Origin: Octopus sinensis
Lineage: Eukaryota
Length of the DNA: 64,000 nt
Reading direction: 5' to 3'
NCBI RefSeq assembly: GCF_006345805.1
Contig: NC_042998.1
Span: 145,576,001-145,640,000 of the forward strand
Shown piece by piece: positions 1 through 11,531 of this stretch. Each line of letters opens with the position of its first letter. Positions within the stretch are counted from its first letter, which is position 1. The notes below the pieces were generated by a model. The model was not told the DNA's origin. It ran no database searches and worked only from the letters and a program-made list of their open reading frames with translations. A program made the translations under genes and the position numbers.

Positions 1-48
1 TCGCTTCTATCAACACTTCAGACTTTCTCCAATATTTTTACCTATATA

Positions 49-461
49 GGACGGCGAGCTGGGAGAAACGTTAGCACGCCGGGTGAAATGCGTAGCCGTA
101 TTTCGTCTGCCGTTACGTTCTGAGTTCAAATTCCGCCGAGGTTGACTTTGCCTTTTATCCTTTCGGGGTCGATAAATTAAGGACCAGTTACGAACTGGTC
201 GATATAATCGACTTAATCCGTTTGTCTGTCCTTGTTCGTCCCCTCTGTATTTAGCCCCTTGTGGGTAGTAAATAAATAGGTATTTCGTCTGCCGTTACGT
301 TCTGAGTTCAAATTCCGCCGAGGTCGACTTTGCCTTTCATCCTTTCGGGGTCGATTATATAAGTACCAGTTATGCACTGGGGTCAATGTAATCCACTCAA
401 TTCCTTTGTCTGTCCTTGTTTGTCCCTTCTATGGTTAACCCCTGTGGGCAATAAAGAAATA
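49..461 (+). mobile_element. tRNA-derived SINE (family A; Meta-domain-like core), partial head-to-tail dimer
   Basis: Head ACGGCGAGCTGG..TTAGCACGCC, B-box-like GAGTTCAAATTCC (122-134), core GACTTTGCCTTT(T/C)ATCCTTTCGGGGTCGAT; 98-279 is repeated at 280-461. The same head and core recur more than 10 times in the window. The Meta-domain assignment is from memory. Confidence 0.85.
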
Positions 462-781
462 TTTTTATCAATACACGCATGTTTTAACGTTTTTATGCCT
501 CCATCCGGAGATTTTTTAAAATCTATTAATTTATACACATATATTTTTAATTATATTTATTTATTTATGGATTAAAAAAAATATTTGTGTATTTATATAT
601 TTTTATTCTGTCATGTACATTCGTCCTTTAAATCCATCTCTAATCGGAGTCATGTTTGCGGATTGAATTAGCAGGCCTTTTGTTTCTTCACATTACATAT
701 TTATATCTTTCGTCTCAAGTTACTCTTGAACACTTCTAGTCCAAACCTCTAATCAATCTTCTTTCTCAAGTCAATTATATA

Positions 782-1318
782 CCGGGTCAGGCAAAATGAT
801 CTGACACATTTTTAGGTTAAATAAAAGGCAAATGAAGTAAAGAAACAAAAAAGTGTTTTTATTTTTGATAAATTCATATAATGCCATTTTGTTTCATTAT
901 GTTTTAAAAATTAAATCAGTCAGATGGGATCCATTATTGTCCACACACTGTCGAGGGCGTTCACGAAAGTTGTCAATAACTCGGCGGGTCATTTCATGTG
1001 GAATGGCAGTAATTTCTTGACGAATTGCATCTTTAAGTTGTTCAATAGATCGAGGGCGATTAATGTATACCTTTGACTTGAGGTATCCCCAGAGAAGAAA
1101 ATCGCATGAAATGACCCGCCGAGTTATTGACAACTTTCGTGAACGCCTTCGACAGTGTGTGGACAATAATGGATACCATTTGACTGATTTAATTTTTAAA
1201 ACATAATGAAACAAAATGGCATTATATGTACTTTTCAAAAATAAAAACACTTTTTTTGTTTCTTTACTTCATTTGCCTTTTATTTAACCTACAAATGTGT
1301 CAGATCATTTTGCCTGAC

Positions 1319-1320
<2 letters not shown>
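782..1320 (-). mobile_element. Tc1/mariner-derived fold-back MITE (both arms from the transposase 3' end)
   Basis: ~215-bp inverted arms at 784-998 and 1105-1320, TA/(AT)n flanks. The minus strand encodes CDFLLWGYLKSKVYINRPRSIEQLKDAIRQEI..., a Tc1/mariner (DD37D/maT-like) transposase C-terminus. Confidence 0.85.
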
Positions 1321-1339
<19 letters not shown>

Positions 1340-1362
<23 letters not shown>

Positions 1363-1556
1363 GAGTGTGAGTGTTTTTGTGCCTGTATCAGTCTCCCATC
1401 ACTTGACGACCGGTGTAAATGATGTATTAGGGCTTGGGCAACAGAGAGCGATAGGATAAGACTTAAAAATATACTGGGGACAGTTTATTCGACTAAAGTC
1501 CTTCGAGGCTGTGCCCCAGCACGGCCACAGTCCAATGACTGAAATAAGTAAAAACT
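1340..1556 (+). mobile_element. SINE family B, 3' half, diverged
   Basis: Matches the 3' part of the copies at 10367, 33808 and 52622 (…CCCCAGCACGGCCACAGTCCAATGACTGAAATAAGTAAAA). Confidence 0.7.
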
Positions 1557-1684
1557 AAATTTTTATACCTCCTTTTACAGAACTATAGAAAACATGATAC
1601 ATTAATTTAGCACAATTCTCTGTGATATAAAACGGCAAAGTAATTATTCTTCATAATAAGCCGCATTAATAATTACTGTACCAT

Positions 1685-1890
1685 AAGACGGTGAAGTAAT
1701 AGAATCATTACCGTACCGGGCAAAATGCTGATCAGCATTTCGTCCATTCTTATGTTCTGTGTTCAAATTCTACCAAGATCGACTTTGCCTTTCATCCTTT
1801 CGAGGTCGATGAAATAAGTACCGGTTGAACACGGGTCGATGTAATCGACTTAACCCTTTCCCCTAAAATTGCTGACCTTGAATTTTAAAG
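1685..1890 (+). mobile_element. SINE family A, diverged
   Basis: GTTCAAATTC B-box plus GACTTTGCCTTTCATCCTTTCGAGGTCGATGAAATAAGTACC core. Confidence 0.8.
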
Positions 1891-2321
1891 CAATAATTGC
1901 TGTACTTCAATTTACGGAACTGTAGAGGAAAAAAAGGTACCTTAATTTGGTGTATTTCCCTGTGACCCCCTGAACACCATAAAGCAGTAAAACTATTGTA
2001 ATTCATAACAGCGTACTTCTATCGACGACAATACATGCAGCGACGTGGAACCAAAGGGAGGGAACCTCTACGTCAACATTCTCTTCCTGTTCATCCATAT
2101 CCTTCTCCTCCACCTCTTCCTTTTCTCCTCATCCTTCTCCGCCTCTTCTTTTTCATCCCCATTCTTCTACTCCACTTATTTCTCTTCATTCTTCATCTTA
2201 TTCTTCATCTCATTCTCCATCTCATTCTCGTTGTCCGTCTCCTACTTTTTCTTTTCCTCTGGCGCTTCTTTCTCTTCTTCTTATATACCACAGAAAATAG
2301 CTACAGCAACCACAACATATA

Positions 2322-3491
2322 TACAAGAGGAAATCAAAAATTATTGGCACTTTCGTCAAAACATTCTTTGGGTTAGCTGCACTATCTTCAGCGCTCGCGT
2401 GCTAGAAGGTGATGCTCTTATGGTGACATGACCGAGGTTTTACCGTGTTTACAGAGTAAACAAGGCCGATCCGCTGGTAGTGTGCACCAAGGAAGAACAG
2501 AGATCAATGATCCGATTTCTCTTGTCTGAAGGGTTGGAATTCATCGTAGATTTTCAGTTTAATACGGGAACGGCGCTCTATCGCGTAGAAGTGTGTATGA
2601 GTGGATCAAGAAATTTAGAAGTAGCCAGACAAGCGTGAAGTTCAAAGAGGAAGCAAAATGCCCATCAACCTTCCCACTGGCATGAAGATTCAACAAGATT
2701 GAAAGATGGTTCTTGCGAAGCGGCGACTGACCATCGATGAGGTGGCTCATTCTCTGCAAATCAGTCATAGTTCTGCATACAACAAGTGTCGGGTCTGTAA
2801 AATATGGACGAAATGGGTGCCAAGAGAGTTTACCGAAGCGCATAAGTATAATTGTGTGGAGATCTGTCAACGCTTGCTCAACCACAACACTGATGGAGGA
2901 GAAGATTGTTTGGAGAGAACAGTCGCAGGAGAAGAGACACTTTCAGCCAGAATTGAAAAAGCAGAGTATGGAGTGGAAAAGAAATCCAAAACTCAAACTT
3001 CTGCAGAAAAATTTATGCTAACCGTTCCGGGGACGTAAAAGGGCCTATATTGGAACATTACCCAGAAAAGTGGTCTATCAGTGTAGGCTACAGGGAAATA
3101 GTGGCCAACAAACTGAAACCAGCAATTTGCACCAAACCTCGAGGTCTATTGCTGAATAGCAATGCACCCCATATACAACCATCCTTATACCCCTAAAACC
3201 GTTGAAAAATTGGGTTTCGGGTTGCTGGAACCCCATGCGTACTGTCCAGTTCCAGCCCCTTCCGACAATAACCACTGAACTGTCAAAATCGTTTTCGAGG
3301 TCGTCGATTGCAAATCGACGAAGTGCAGGAAGCGATACATAAATGGCTGCGCAACCAGCCAAAACCTTCTCCGATGGATTAAGCAAGCTTCTGGACCGCA
3401 TCGAAAAGCAAGAGGGCTATGGCGAAAAATGCTATAACTGTTCAGCCACTACTTTTGTTTTAATAAATTGCAGAAACAACATACCCTCGTA
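2322..3491 (+). mobile_element. mariner (DD34D-type) element, near full length, transposase pseudogenised
   Basis: Degenerate TIRs TACAAGAGG… / …ACCCTCGTA; RRLTIDEVAHSLQISHSS (HTH), KWVPREFT (WVPREL motif), a GEET remnant of DETW, and HAYCPVPAPSD (HPPYSPDLAPSD remnant). Many frameshifts. Confidence 0.85.
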
Positions 3492-3857
3492 TGAGTGTAT
3501 TTGCGTGTGTGTGTGTGTGGTGTGTGTGTGTCCATGAATGTATTGAGACAGATTGGTAGACAGACAGACAAACAGACAGACTAACAAACAATACTGCTTA
3601 AACTATTAAAATGTGTCATAAATGTTGCTTCATTGAAGTATTTCCTACCTAAATACAAATTTCGAAAATATGTCCGACGAAAATTGAAAACCTATTGCAG
3701 CGTTCTTCAATATGGAAGAAAATAATTAAATCTACAGACCTATAAATAGACATCGAAATTGAGTTAGTTTCCGGTTTTTTCGGCATGTGAGAATTCAGAT
3801 TACAATATTAATTAAGTTTTGTATTTTAGGAAAACAAAAAAAGAAGAAAGGAAAACA

Positions 3858-4020
3858 GGCATGACTATGTGCTTAAGAGGTTCGTTTTGGAACTATGTGA
3901 TTTTGGTTCAGTCCCACAGCGTGGCACTTTTAGCGAGTGTCTTTACTACAGGAACCGATTAATGCCTTATGAGCGAATTCGGTAGACAGAAACTGTGTAG
4001 AAGCTCGGCATGTACGTACG
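3858..4020 (+). mobile_element. SINE family B, 5' part, diverged
   Basis: GGTTCAGTCCCACAGCGTGGCAC B-box region and GGTAGACAGAAACTG, as in the intact family B copies. Confidence 0.65.
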
Positions 4021-4134
4021 TATATATATATATATATATATATATAGTTTCAATTTTCCTGTAACAAGCGGATTATAAGTGGATAAAACAGTGTATTGGC
4101 TTTAGAATAACCCTCTTTAGCCCTTAATTATATG

Positions 4135-4169
<35 letters not shown>

Positions 4170-4172
4170 ATA

Positions 4173-4371
4173 TACCCTCGTGTACCGTTGGCGATTTTTT
4201 TCCCTCTGTCTTCCCTTCTGTGGATCTTTCCTTCTCCTATGTTTCCAACGAAGAGCTCCGCTCGAAACGTTAAGCCCTCCTTCTTTCCTTCTTTCCAGAG
4301 CGTCCAATAATACTATATTTGTTCTACGTCCTCGCGTTGTTGTGTTATTTTGTGCTTTCTTGTTTGGATTA

Positions 4372-4376
<5 letters not shown>
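4173..4376 (+). mobile_element. short PLE-derived-like non-coding element between (TA)n tracts, carrying a decayed hammerhead-like motif
   Basis: (TA)n on both sides; contains CCAACGA-A-GAGC-TCC-GCTC-GAAACGTT (4245-4271), parallel to the motif at 38878-38915. Confidence 0.55.
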
Positions 4377-4413
<37 letters not shown>

Positions 4414-5479
4414 TATGTATGTATGTATGTATGTATGTATGTATGTATGTATGTATGTATGTATGTATGTATGTATGTATATATGTGTGTGTGCGTGTAT
4501 GTATATATCTATATCTCTAAATATACATACATAGATAGACGATACAAAGAAATCAAGGACGGATCATTCGATGTTTTCTTTCCTCAGTCAAGTACCAGAT
4601 TATCTTCGCAATTTCGGTTGATTATACTTGAGATTGCTCTAATCTGGCCAGTCCCAAGTTCACACGGCACCCCGAAAAGCTGTATAGCATCTACCAGCCA
4701 GCAGTATCCATCAAACAAGAGATATGAGGTATCGTATTGCTGTCTCCAGAGGTACACCCTTCTGGTAAACTTCAAGCCATTGGCCGCCGACAACTCGGAC
4801 ATACCTCTTTAGTACCAGCCATCACTAGCACCGCCTGCAGCAAGATCACCGTTACAAATTAACCCCCATGAACAGCACCGCAAATTACAATCCCCCAACA
4901 CTTCTCCATGCCTTTCTACTCGCATACTCTCACCCTTCGTACATCACCCCTTGTGCATGATCATACGAGTATATGTACGTGTGCGCATGTGTGTATGGGT
5001 GTGCATGTGAGTCTGCTCATCGTATGCATGCGCACGTATGTGCGAGTACGGGCGTATTTGTGCTCGCGTGCGCGCCCATATACGTGTGCACCATTGCGTG
5101 TGCGTGTGCGTGTGCTCGTGTACATATGTACATGGAGATGAATGTGTGCACGCCTGGGTGTGTGTGTCCGTGTGTGTATGTGTGTGCGTGTACATACGTC
5201 AGCGCTCGCATGTGTGAGTGTGTACCTTCGTGTGTTTGTGCGTGTGTGTGTGCGCGTACGCTGATGTGTGAATGTACATCTAAGCACACATACACATTCG
5301 TATAAGTACTGAATCATAAACGCAGATATATGGGCACATACATCTACATATATAGATATACACACTTATATACACATCCACTGCCCCTTCTCACTTCCCC
5401 CAACGACACGAGCGATATCTTGTCCCCCGCGCGGTCAATTTCCTATTCACCAGGCGATCGATTTCTTGTTCACCAGGTG

Positions 5480-8200
5480 GTATTCTCCATCTAACTGCTG
5501 TCGCTAATTTACCGAGATCAATACCGCGTGACCTTTCTCGACCAATCGCTGGCTAACGTGCCCTAGCTCTGACAATGCAACTTTCATGCTTGGTGTTGAA
5601 GAATTGGTTTAGAACCAATCTTGCTGCCAGCACGTCAATCACTATGTCTCTGCCGAATGCCTCTTCTAATTTCCTAACTAGATCTGTCTCTACTCTTGTT
5701 TTTATATCGCTAGTTCTCTGCTAAATTCTACAGCTTCTACTCCAATCGCCCGTTTTAGCCCCACTCCCTCGGTTGTTCACGACTGCACCCTTCAACTTTC
5801 GATGGACCAACTTGCTAAGCCGGTCTCTGAAAGTTTGACGCGCCGAGAAGGACGCATTCAACTTCCAGTATCTGGGACCCTGCCTATGGAACGTACCTAG
5901 GGCAATCGTATAGATCACAAATTTGTGGTCTGTGTAGTTGATGAATTCAAATTGTGGATAACCTATGCTATTTCTATCTGCTGGCCTACAAAATAACCCT
6001 ATATAGAGAAGATTTGGATGACCCGACACTGTTTGCCCGTGTCCACGCTGGGGTATTCGGGAAATCCAGTCTAAACCAGTCTGCCAGCTGGAAACAACTG
6101 AGTAGGTTTGCGAAACTTGCGCTCCCCACTTACCTATCCATTAGCCCCCACCCAATCTACACGGGCATCCAAAATGGCGTTCCAATCACCCATTAACACT
6201 AAAGAGCGAGACGTCCCTAGAAAGGCATCCAGACGTCTGTAGAACTCCGGCTGCCCTGCTCCAGTTGGTGCGTACACTGTGACCATTCTAAAAGCACTAC
6301 TTCCATTATCGTTCACGACCAGGACCACCGACTTACCTTCCGGGTCCAGGAAGACCGACGGTATCTCGAGATCTAGGCCTTTACTGAACAACACTGATAC
6401 TCCTCTCCCATTCCCGGTCGACTAAGAGTTGCGAAAAACTCAAAGTCATCGAAAATGGGTGCCAAGGCCCATGTGTCCGCAATCCTTGTCTCACTGACAG
6501 CTATTACGTCCAGACTTAGCCATCTGAGGTCGTTGCGCAAGCGTCCATGTTTCCACGACGACCTCAAGCTACGTACATTTATACAAACTACTTACTGGCC
6601 AACAAGTAAGGAAAGGAAAAAAGGAGTGTCACCCCACTGGTGCTGTTTGTGGTCGAGTGGTTCTCCCACTCTGTCTGTTTTGTTGGGTTCCTCTAGAAAC
6701 CCCCTTAAAAGCTGGCCGTGACACTGGAAGATCCAATGTCACACGGGTAGTTCTGCTTAATGCTCGTATAAATCTTTAATGTCATTAGGCTCTCCGGTAT
6801 TCTAAAAGTGTTGGGGCAGCAGATCATCCCCTCTATTTCAATGTTCTCGTTTTGTGCTATGAGAGCCATCAGCTTTTCATTGATCCTCCTCACTAGCACG
6901 AAATTCTGCTTCTGCGCGAATGGTTGTTGCTGTTGTAGTGACATTTTTCTTTACAAATTTAGCTGTTTTTGATTTTGTTGTGCGTGCTTGTGATGGTTTT
7001 AGTGATTGTGTAGTGTTGGTGTTGTCATCAGTATGCCTGTGTTTTTACCGTTTCTTGGATTTCTCCCCTTTGTTCTGTGTCACTTTCTTGGGTTTTTTGC
7101 CTTTTGCCTCATCATCACTTGGATGCATGGAGGCGTACGTGTCTTGTATGTTTTCTTCTGGGTCTCTTGTAGTTGCTGTTGTTATTGTTGCTCCTGCTAC
7201 TGTAGCACCCGCCACTGCTGCTGATGCTACTTCCACTGCGACATTTACTGTAGCACCTGCCTGTATTGTCTCCTTGGGTCCACTTTCTGTTTCTATTCCC
7301 ATGCCTTTCTCTTGTTGTTTTTGTCGATTCATGGGTTTAGACATTTCTTTCTGCCCTTCTGTTCTGGTTCTGTGGGCAGAAAACCCGTATGTGGTCCGTT
7401 AAACTATAATCATGACACCTCGGCCTTCTACCCTCCTCATTCACCCTTAGTTCTACTCCATTCGAGAAGGAAATCAGGTCTGCGACTTTCTCAAACTCCT
7501 TTGGCTTCTCATGGAGAAGAACCTCCAACGTAGTTCCAACTCAATTCTCCCTCCTCGATCGTTTAATATCCAGATTTTCTCCCCCATCCGTACAAATGCA
7601 GGCGAGTATCTACCATAAACCCAGCCATGGTGGGAGCCCTGGTGCTGTAATTCGTACCTCCCCTCTTCCCATGTACATTGGGAGGAGGACGATTTCCTCG
7701 GTGCGACGCCTGATCACCGAGCTCTGTATCGCCTGCCCCTCGGTCTTAAAAAGGACCTCTACTCTGCCGTACTGCTTCGCTCTCGCAATGTGGTGGATAT
7801 CCTGACATATGTATTTCAAGGCCTTTTTCACCTGGTCATGTTTAGTATTTCGAGTTTCTTTGTCTTTGTGTTCACACACCTGTAAGTCATTATCCGTTTG
7901 GCTGTTCCTTCAAGCACGTCGCTTGGAGGCGTCAATTCTCCCCTCCTTCCATGCATTTTCATATATTTTGCTGCCTTGCTTAGTTTTTCTATTTTGTTCT
8001 CCAATGAGATGTTAACCAATTCCTTAGCTGCAGTGATGTTTGCAAAAGTCTCTTTCCCGCCGCTAACTCCATTTTTGTTAGACTCTTCGCGGTGGCTGTT
8101 GTCAATGTTGTTCTTCGTGCTACTACAATTCCCATGTAGTGTGGGAGACATTACTTCTTCCTTCCTCTCACCTTCTTTCTGCTTTTCATCTTCTTTCTTC
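5480..8200 (-). mobile_element. Tx1/L1-clade LINE fragment: ORF1 and AP-endonuclease part of ORF2; RT absent
   Basis: ORF2 pieces contain the APE motifs CINVRSL, DVIAVSET, VYAP, LMGDWNA, DHKFV..GPRYWKLNAS. ORF1 pieces include YGRVEVLFKTE (RRM-like) and RPRCHDYSLTDHIRVFCP (degenerate CCHC knuckle). Multiple frameshifts and stops. Confidence 0.8.
5721..6600 (-). pseudogene. AP-type endonuclease domain of the LINE ORF2, frameshifted
   Basis: ORF-track pieces 6373-6567, 6134-6394 and 5721-6029 are collinear APE segments. Confidence 0.8.
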
Positions 8201-8345
8201 TTTTCTTGACTCTTCTTCTTCTTCTTCTTCTTCTTCTTCTTCTCTTCTTCTTCTTCTTCTTCTTCTTCTTCTTCTTCTTCTTCTTCTTCTTCTTCTTCTT
8301 CTTCTTCTTCTTCTTCTTCTTCATTCTTACCTTCTTTTCTTCTTA
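8165..8345. repeat. (CTT)n/(GAA)n microsatellite
   Basis: Directly visible; abuts the 5' end of the Tx1-like element. Confidence 0.95.
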
Positions 8346-8408
8346 TATATATAAAAATACAAATGTACATGTGTATATATATATCTGTGTGTATGTGTGT
8401 GTGTGTGT

Positions 8409-8780
8409 GGAGGCGCAATAGCCCAGTGATTAGATCAGCGTACTCGCGGTCGTAGGATCGCGGTGTCGATTCCCAGACTGGCCGTTGTGAGAGTTTATTA
8501 AGAGAAAACACCTAAAGCTCCACGAGGCTCCGGCAGGGGGTGGTGGCGAACCTTGCTGTACTCCTTCACCACAACTTTCTCTCACTTTTTCTTCCTGTGT
8601 CTGTTGTACCTGTATTTCAAAGGGCCAGCCTTGTCACTCTATGTCACGCTGAATCTCACTGAGAACTACATTAAGGGTACACGCATCTGTAGAGTGCTCA
8701 GCCACTTGCACGTTAATTTCATGGGCAGGCAATTCCGTTAATCGTATCAACTGGAACCCTCATCGTCGTAACCGCCTGAG
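8409..8780 (+). mobile_element. tRNA-derived SINE (family C)
   Basis: Head GGAGGCGCAATAGCCCAGTGATTAG (A box) and GGTGTCGATTCCC (B box), followed by a non-tRNA body. Confidence 0.7.
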
Positions 8781-8974
8781 TACCATGCATATATATATAT
8801 ACGTTTGTTTCAATGTTTGAAGATGTTGATTGACAATAACGTAAATCTCGTTTACTACTCCTACGTGTAACGCCATTATATAATTCGTGTTGTTATCGTC
8901 TACGAGTCATGTATATATATGTATATATATATATTATATATGTATATATATATATGTATATATATATGTATATA

Positions 8975-9071
<97 letters not shown>

Positions 9072-9242
9072 CGTTTATGAATTAGTGTTGCAAGGCTGCT
9101 GATGGGAAATCGTGTGTTGAAAGAAGTATTGTTGTATTTCGGGATGGTTAATTTGCTGGGCTTTTTTTTGTCAAATAAACACACGCACTATATATTTGTT
9201 CTTCACTCGTTTAGTAGTGTTCTTATTCTAACTGTTGTCCAT

Positions 9243-9287
9243 TGTCCGGAAATCTTTCGTCAAATATCTGTGACCTCTTCAGCGACA
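9243..9287 (-). ncRNA. minimal type-I hammerhead-ribozyme-like motif (left arm)
   Basis: Minus strand: TGTCG-CTGAAGA-G-GTCA(CAGATATT)TGAC-GAAA-GATT-TC-CGGACA. Confidence 0.55.
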
Positions 9288-9373
9288 CTTTTCGTCTTCG
9301 CGTGTGCTCTTGCTCCACTTATTTCATTAGAGAATGAAATAAGTGGATCAAGAGGACACACGAAGACGAAAGG

Positions 9374-9418
9374 TGTCACTGAAGAGGTCACCGGTGTGTG
9401 ACGAAAGATTTCTGGACA
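9374..9418 (+). ncRNA. minimal type-I hammerhead-ribozyme-like motif (right arm)
   Basis: TGTCA-CTGAAGA-G-GTCAC(CGGTGT)GTGAC-GAAA-GATT-TC-TGGACA: canonical CUGANGA/GAAA core, 5-bp stem II, UUC triplet, bulged stem I. Confidence 0.6.
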
Positions 9419-9528
9419 ATGGACATCGGTTAGAATAAGAACAGTAATAAACGAGTGAAGAACAAATATATAGTGCGTGTGTTTATTTGGCAAACAAATG
9501 ACCCTCCCGAAATACAACAATAATATAT

Positions 9529-9583
<55 letters not shown>

Positions 9584-9612
9584 TATATATATATATATAC
9601 ATATACATACAC

Positions 9613-9643
<31 letters not shown>

Positions 9644-10366
9644 GTATGTATGTATGTATGTATGTATGTATGTATGTATGTATGTACAAGATATCTAGTA
9701 CCAGCACGAGCCACATTTTCTGGTGGGGAATGTTACTAGAAACCAAGTAGGACTAAAAGCAAAACCTATCAAAAGGACAGATTAACTCAGTGTAAGTTCA
9801 ATGAATATCTATCAGTAGCATGGGCACTCAGAAATTTCGGGGGGGGGGGGTCTGGTTTGCTGAAACACCACTGAATTGAGGAGACCTCACCTTTAAACAT
9901 ATGTGCATATGTATAAACACACACACATATATACATATATATATACGCACATGTATATGTATACATATACTTCGTTGCTATTATGTTAAACTGTCGTATG
10001 TGCAAATTTGGCCAAATTCGTTTTTTCTTTCAATATTTAATTTTGCGTGCACTAGCCGGTTCTTTTGGTCAAACTACCGTATCTCCAGCTGCTTCAGATG
10101 AAAATCGTCAAAGTGAAGTACGACGGCTTAGCATTTTTCAAATATGTAGTAAGCCCATCATACGACAGTTTAAAAAGAAACGAAATGGTGAATTTTTTTT
10201 TTTCCTTTTCGGAAGAAGTTTTAACTTACGACACTTTTGCATAAAGGTAACGTTTTATATATATGCATATACATTTATATATATAATATATACATACATA
10301 CATACATACATACATACATACATACATACATGCATGCATGCATACAAATATATATATATATACTCT

Positions 10367-10768
10367 TTTACTCTTTTACTTGTTTCAGTCATTTGACTGC
10401 AGCCATGCTGGAGCACCACCTTTAATCGAGCAACTCGACCCGGGACTTATTCTTTGTAAGCCCAGTACTTATTCTATCTATCGTCTCTTTTGCCGAACCG
10501 CTAAGTGACGGGACATAAACACACCAGCATCGGTTGTCAGCAATACTAGGGGGACAAACACAGACACACAAACACACACGCACATATATATATATATATA
10601 CATATATACGACGGCTTCTTTCAGTTTCCGTCTACCAAATTCACTCACAAGGCTTTGGTCGGCCCAAGGCATAGTAGAAGACACTTGCCCAAGTGCCACG
10701 CAGTGGGACTGAACCCGGAACCATGTGGTTGGTAAGCAAGCTACTTACCACACAGCCACTCCCGCGCC
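10367..10768 (-). mobile_element. SINE family B (tRNA head + CORE-like segment), full length, young
   Basis: Sense head AGGCGCGGGAGTGGCTGTGTGGTAAG, B box GGTTCAGTCCC, CTTGGGCAAGTGTCTT (CORE-like), internal (TA)/(CA) tract, tail GACTGAAACAAGTAAAAG; highly similar to 33808-34215. Confidence 0.9.
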
Positions 10769-10807
10769 TATATATATATATGTTGTATGTATCCATCGCT
10801 ATATTAT

Positions 10808-10851
<44 letters not shown>

Positions 10852-11142
10852 TCTCTATATATACATGCATATAAATTGATATTACACACACATACACACG
10901 CGTGTGTGTATGTGTGTGTGTTAGTTGTTTCGTCTCTCATGTGACTATTAGCGGTTGACTTAGAGGATTTTTGCAGCTTCAACAATACTAACACATACAT
11001 AGTATTTACGCAGCTTTGTAAACATGAGAAAGCGTATGTGTAAGCAGTTTACGAAGCTGTTAAAACATATCTAAGCTTCTAGTGATTGTTTTACAGCAAT
11101 TATTTCGTTTTACTTTATACCTTCTGTCATTCTATCTATCTG

Positions 11143-11204
<62 letters not shown>

Positions 11205-11294
11205 ATCTATCTATCTATCTATCATCTATCTACTATCTATCTATCAATTTATCTATCTATCTATCCACCTATATATATATATGTGTATGTATAT

Positions 11295-11327
<33 letters not shown>

Positions 11328-11335
11328 CATATATA

Positions 11336-11390
<55 letters not shown>

Positions 11391-11531
11391 CATACATACA
11401 TACATATATATATATTGTCTTTTAGTACCTTATTACTTAACACACTCACCAGTTCGATTGTTACTCATTTACTTATCATAGATGAATGAGTAAATGAGTG
11501 GAAATCGTGAATGACTATATATATATATATA

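Larger units (their letters stand above)
9127..9522. repeat. ~400-bp near-perfect palindrome (fold-back element) between (TA)n tracts
   Basis: Arms 9127-9328 and 9333-9522; centre CCACTTATTTCATT-AGAG-AATGAAATAAGTGG; ends TATTGTTGTATTTCGGGA / TCCCGAAATACAACAATA. Confidence 0.95.

Noticed and set aside
2035-2431. Two long hydrophobic/Ser-rich ORFs
   Set aside because: They arise from a CTT/CTC polypyrimidine low-complexity tract running into the mariner end.
4575-4600. Minus-strand CTGAGGA…GAAT as a hammerhead
   Set aside because: No credible stem II and the GAAA is broken.
4940-5375. Long His/Thr- or Cys/Val-rich ORFs on both strands
   Set aside because: Degenerate (GT/CA)-type repeat, the same as at 13500-14000, 21950-22290, 50600-50860 and 58150-58620.
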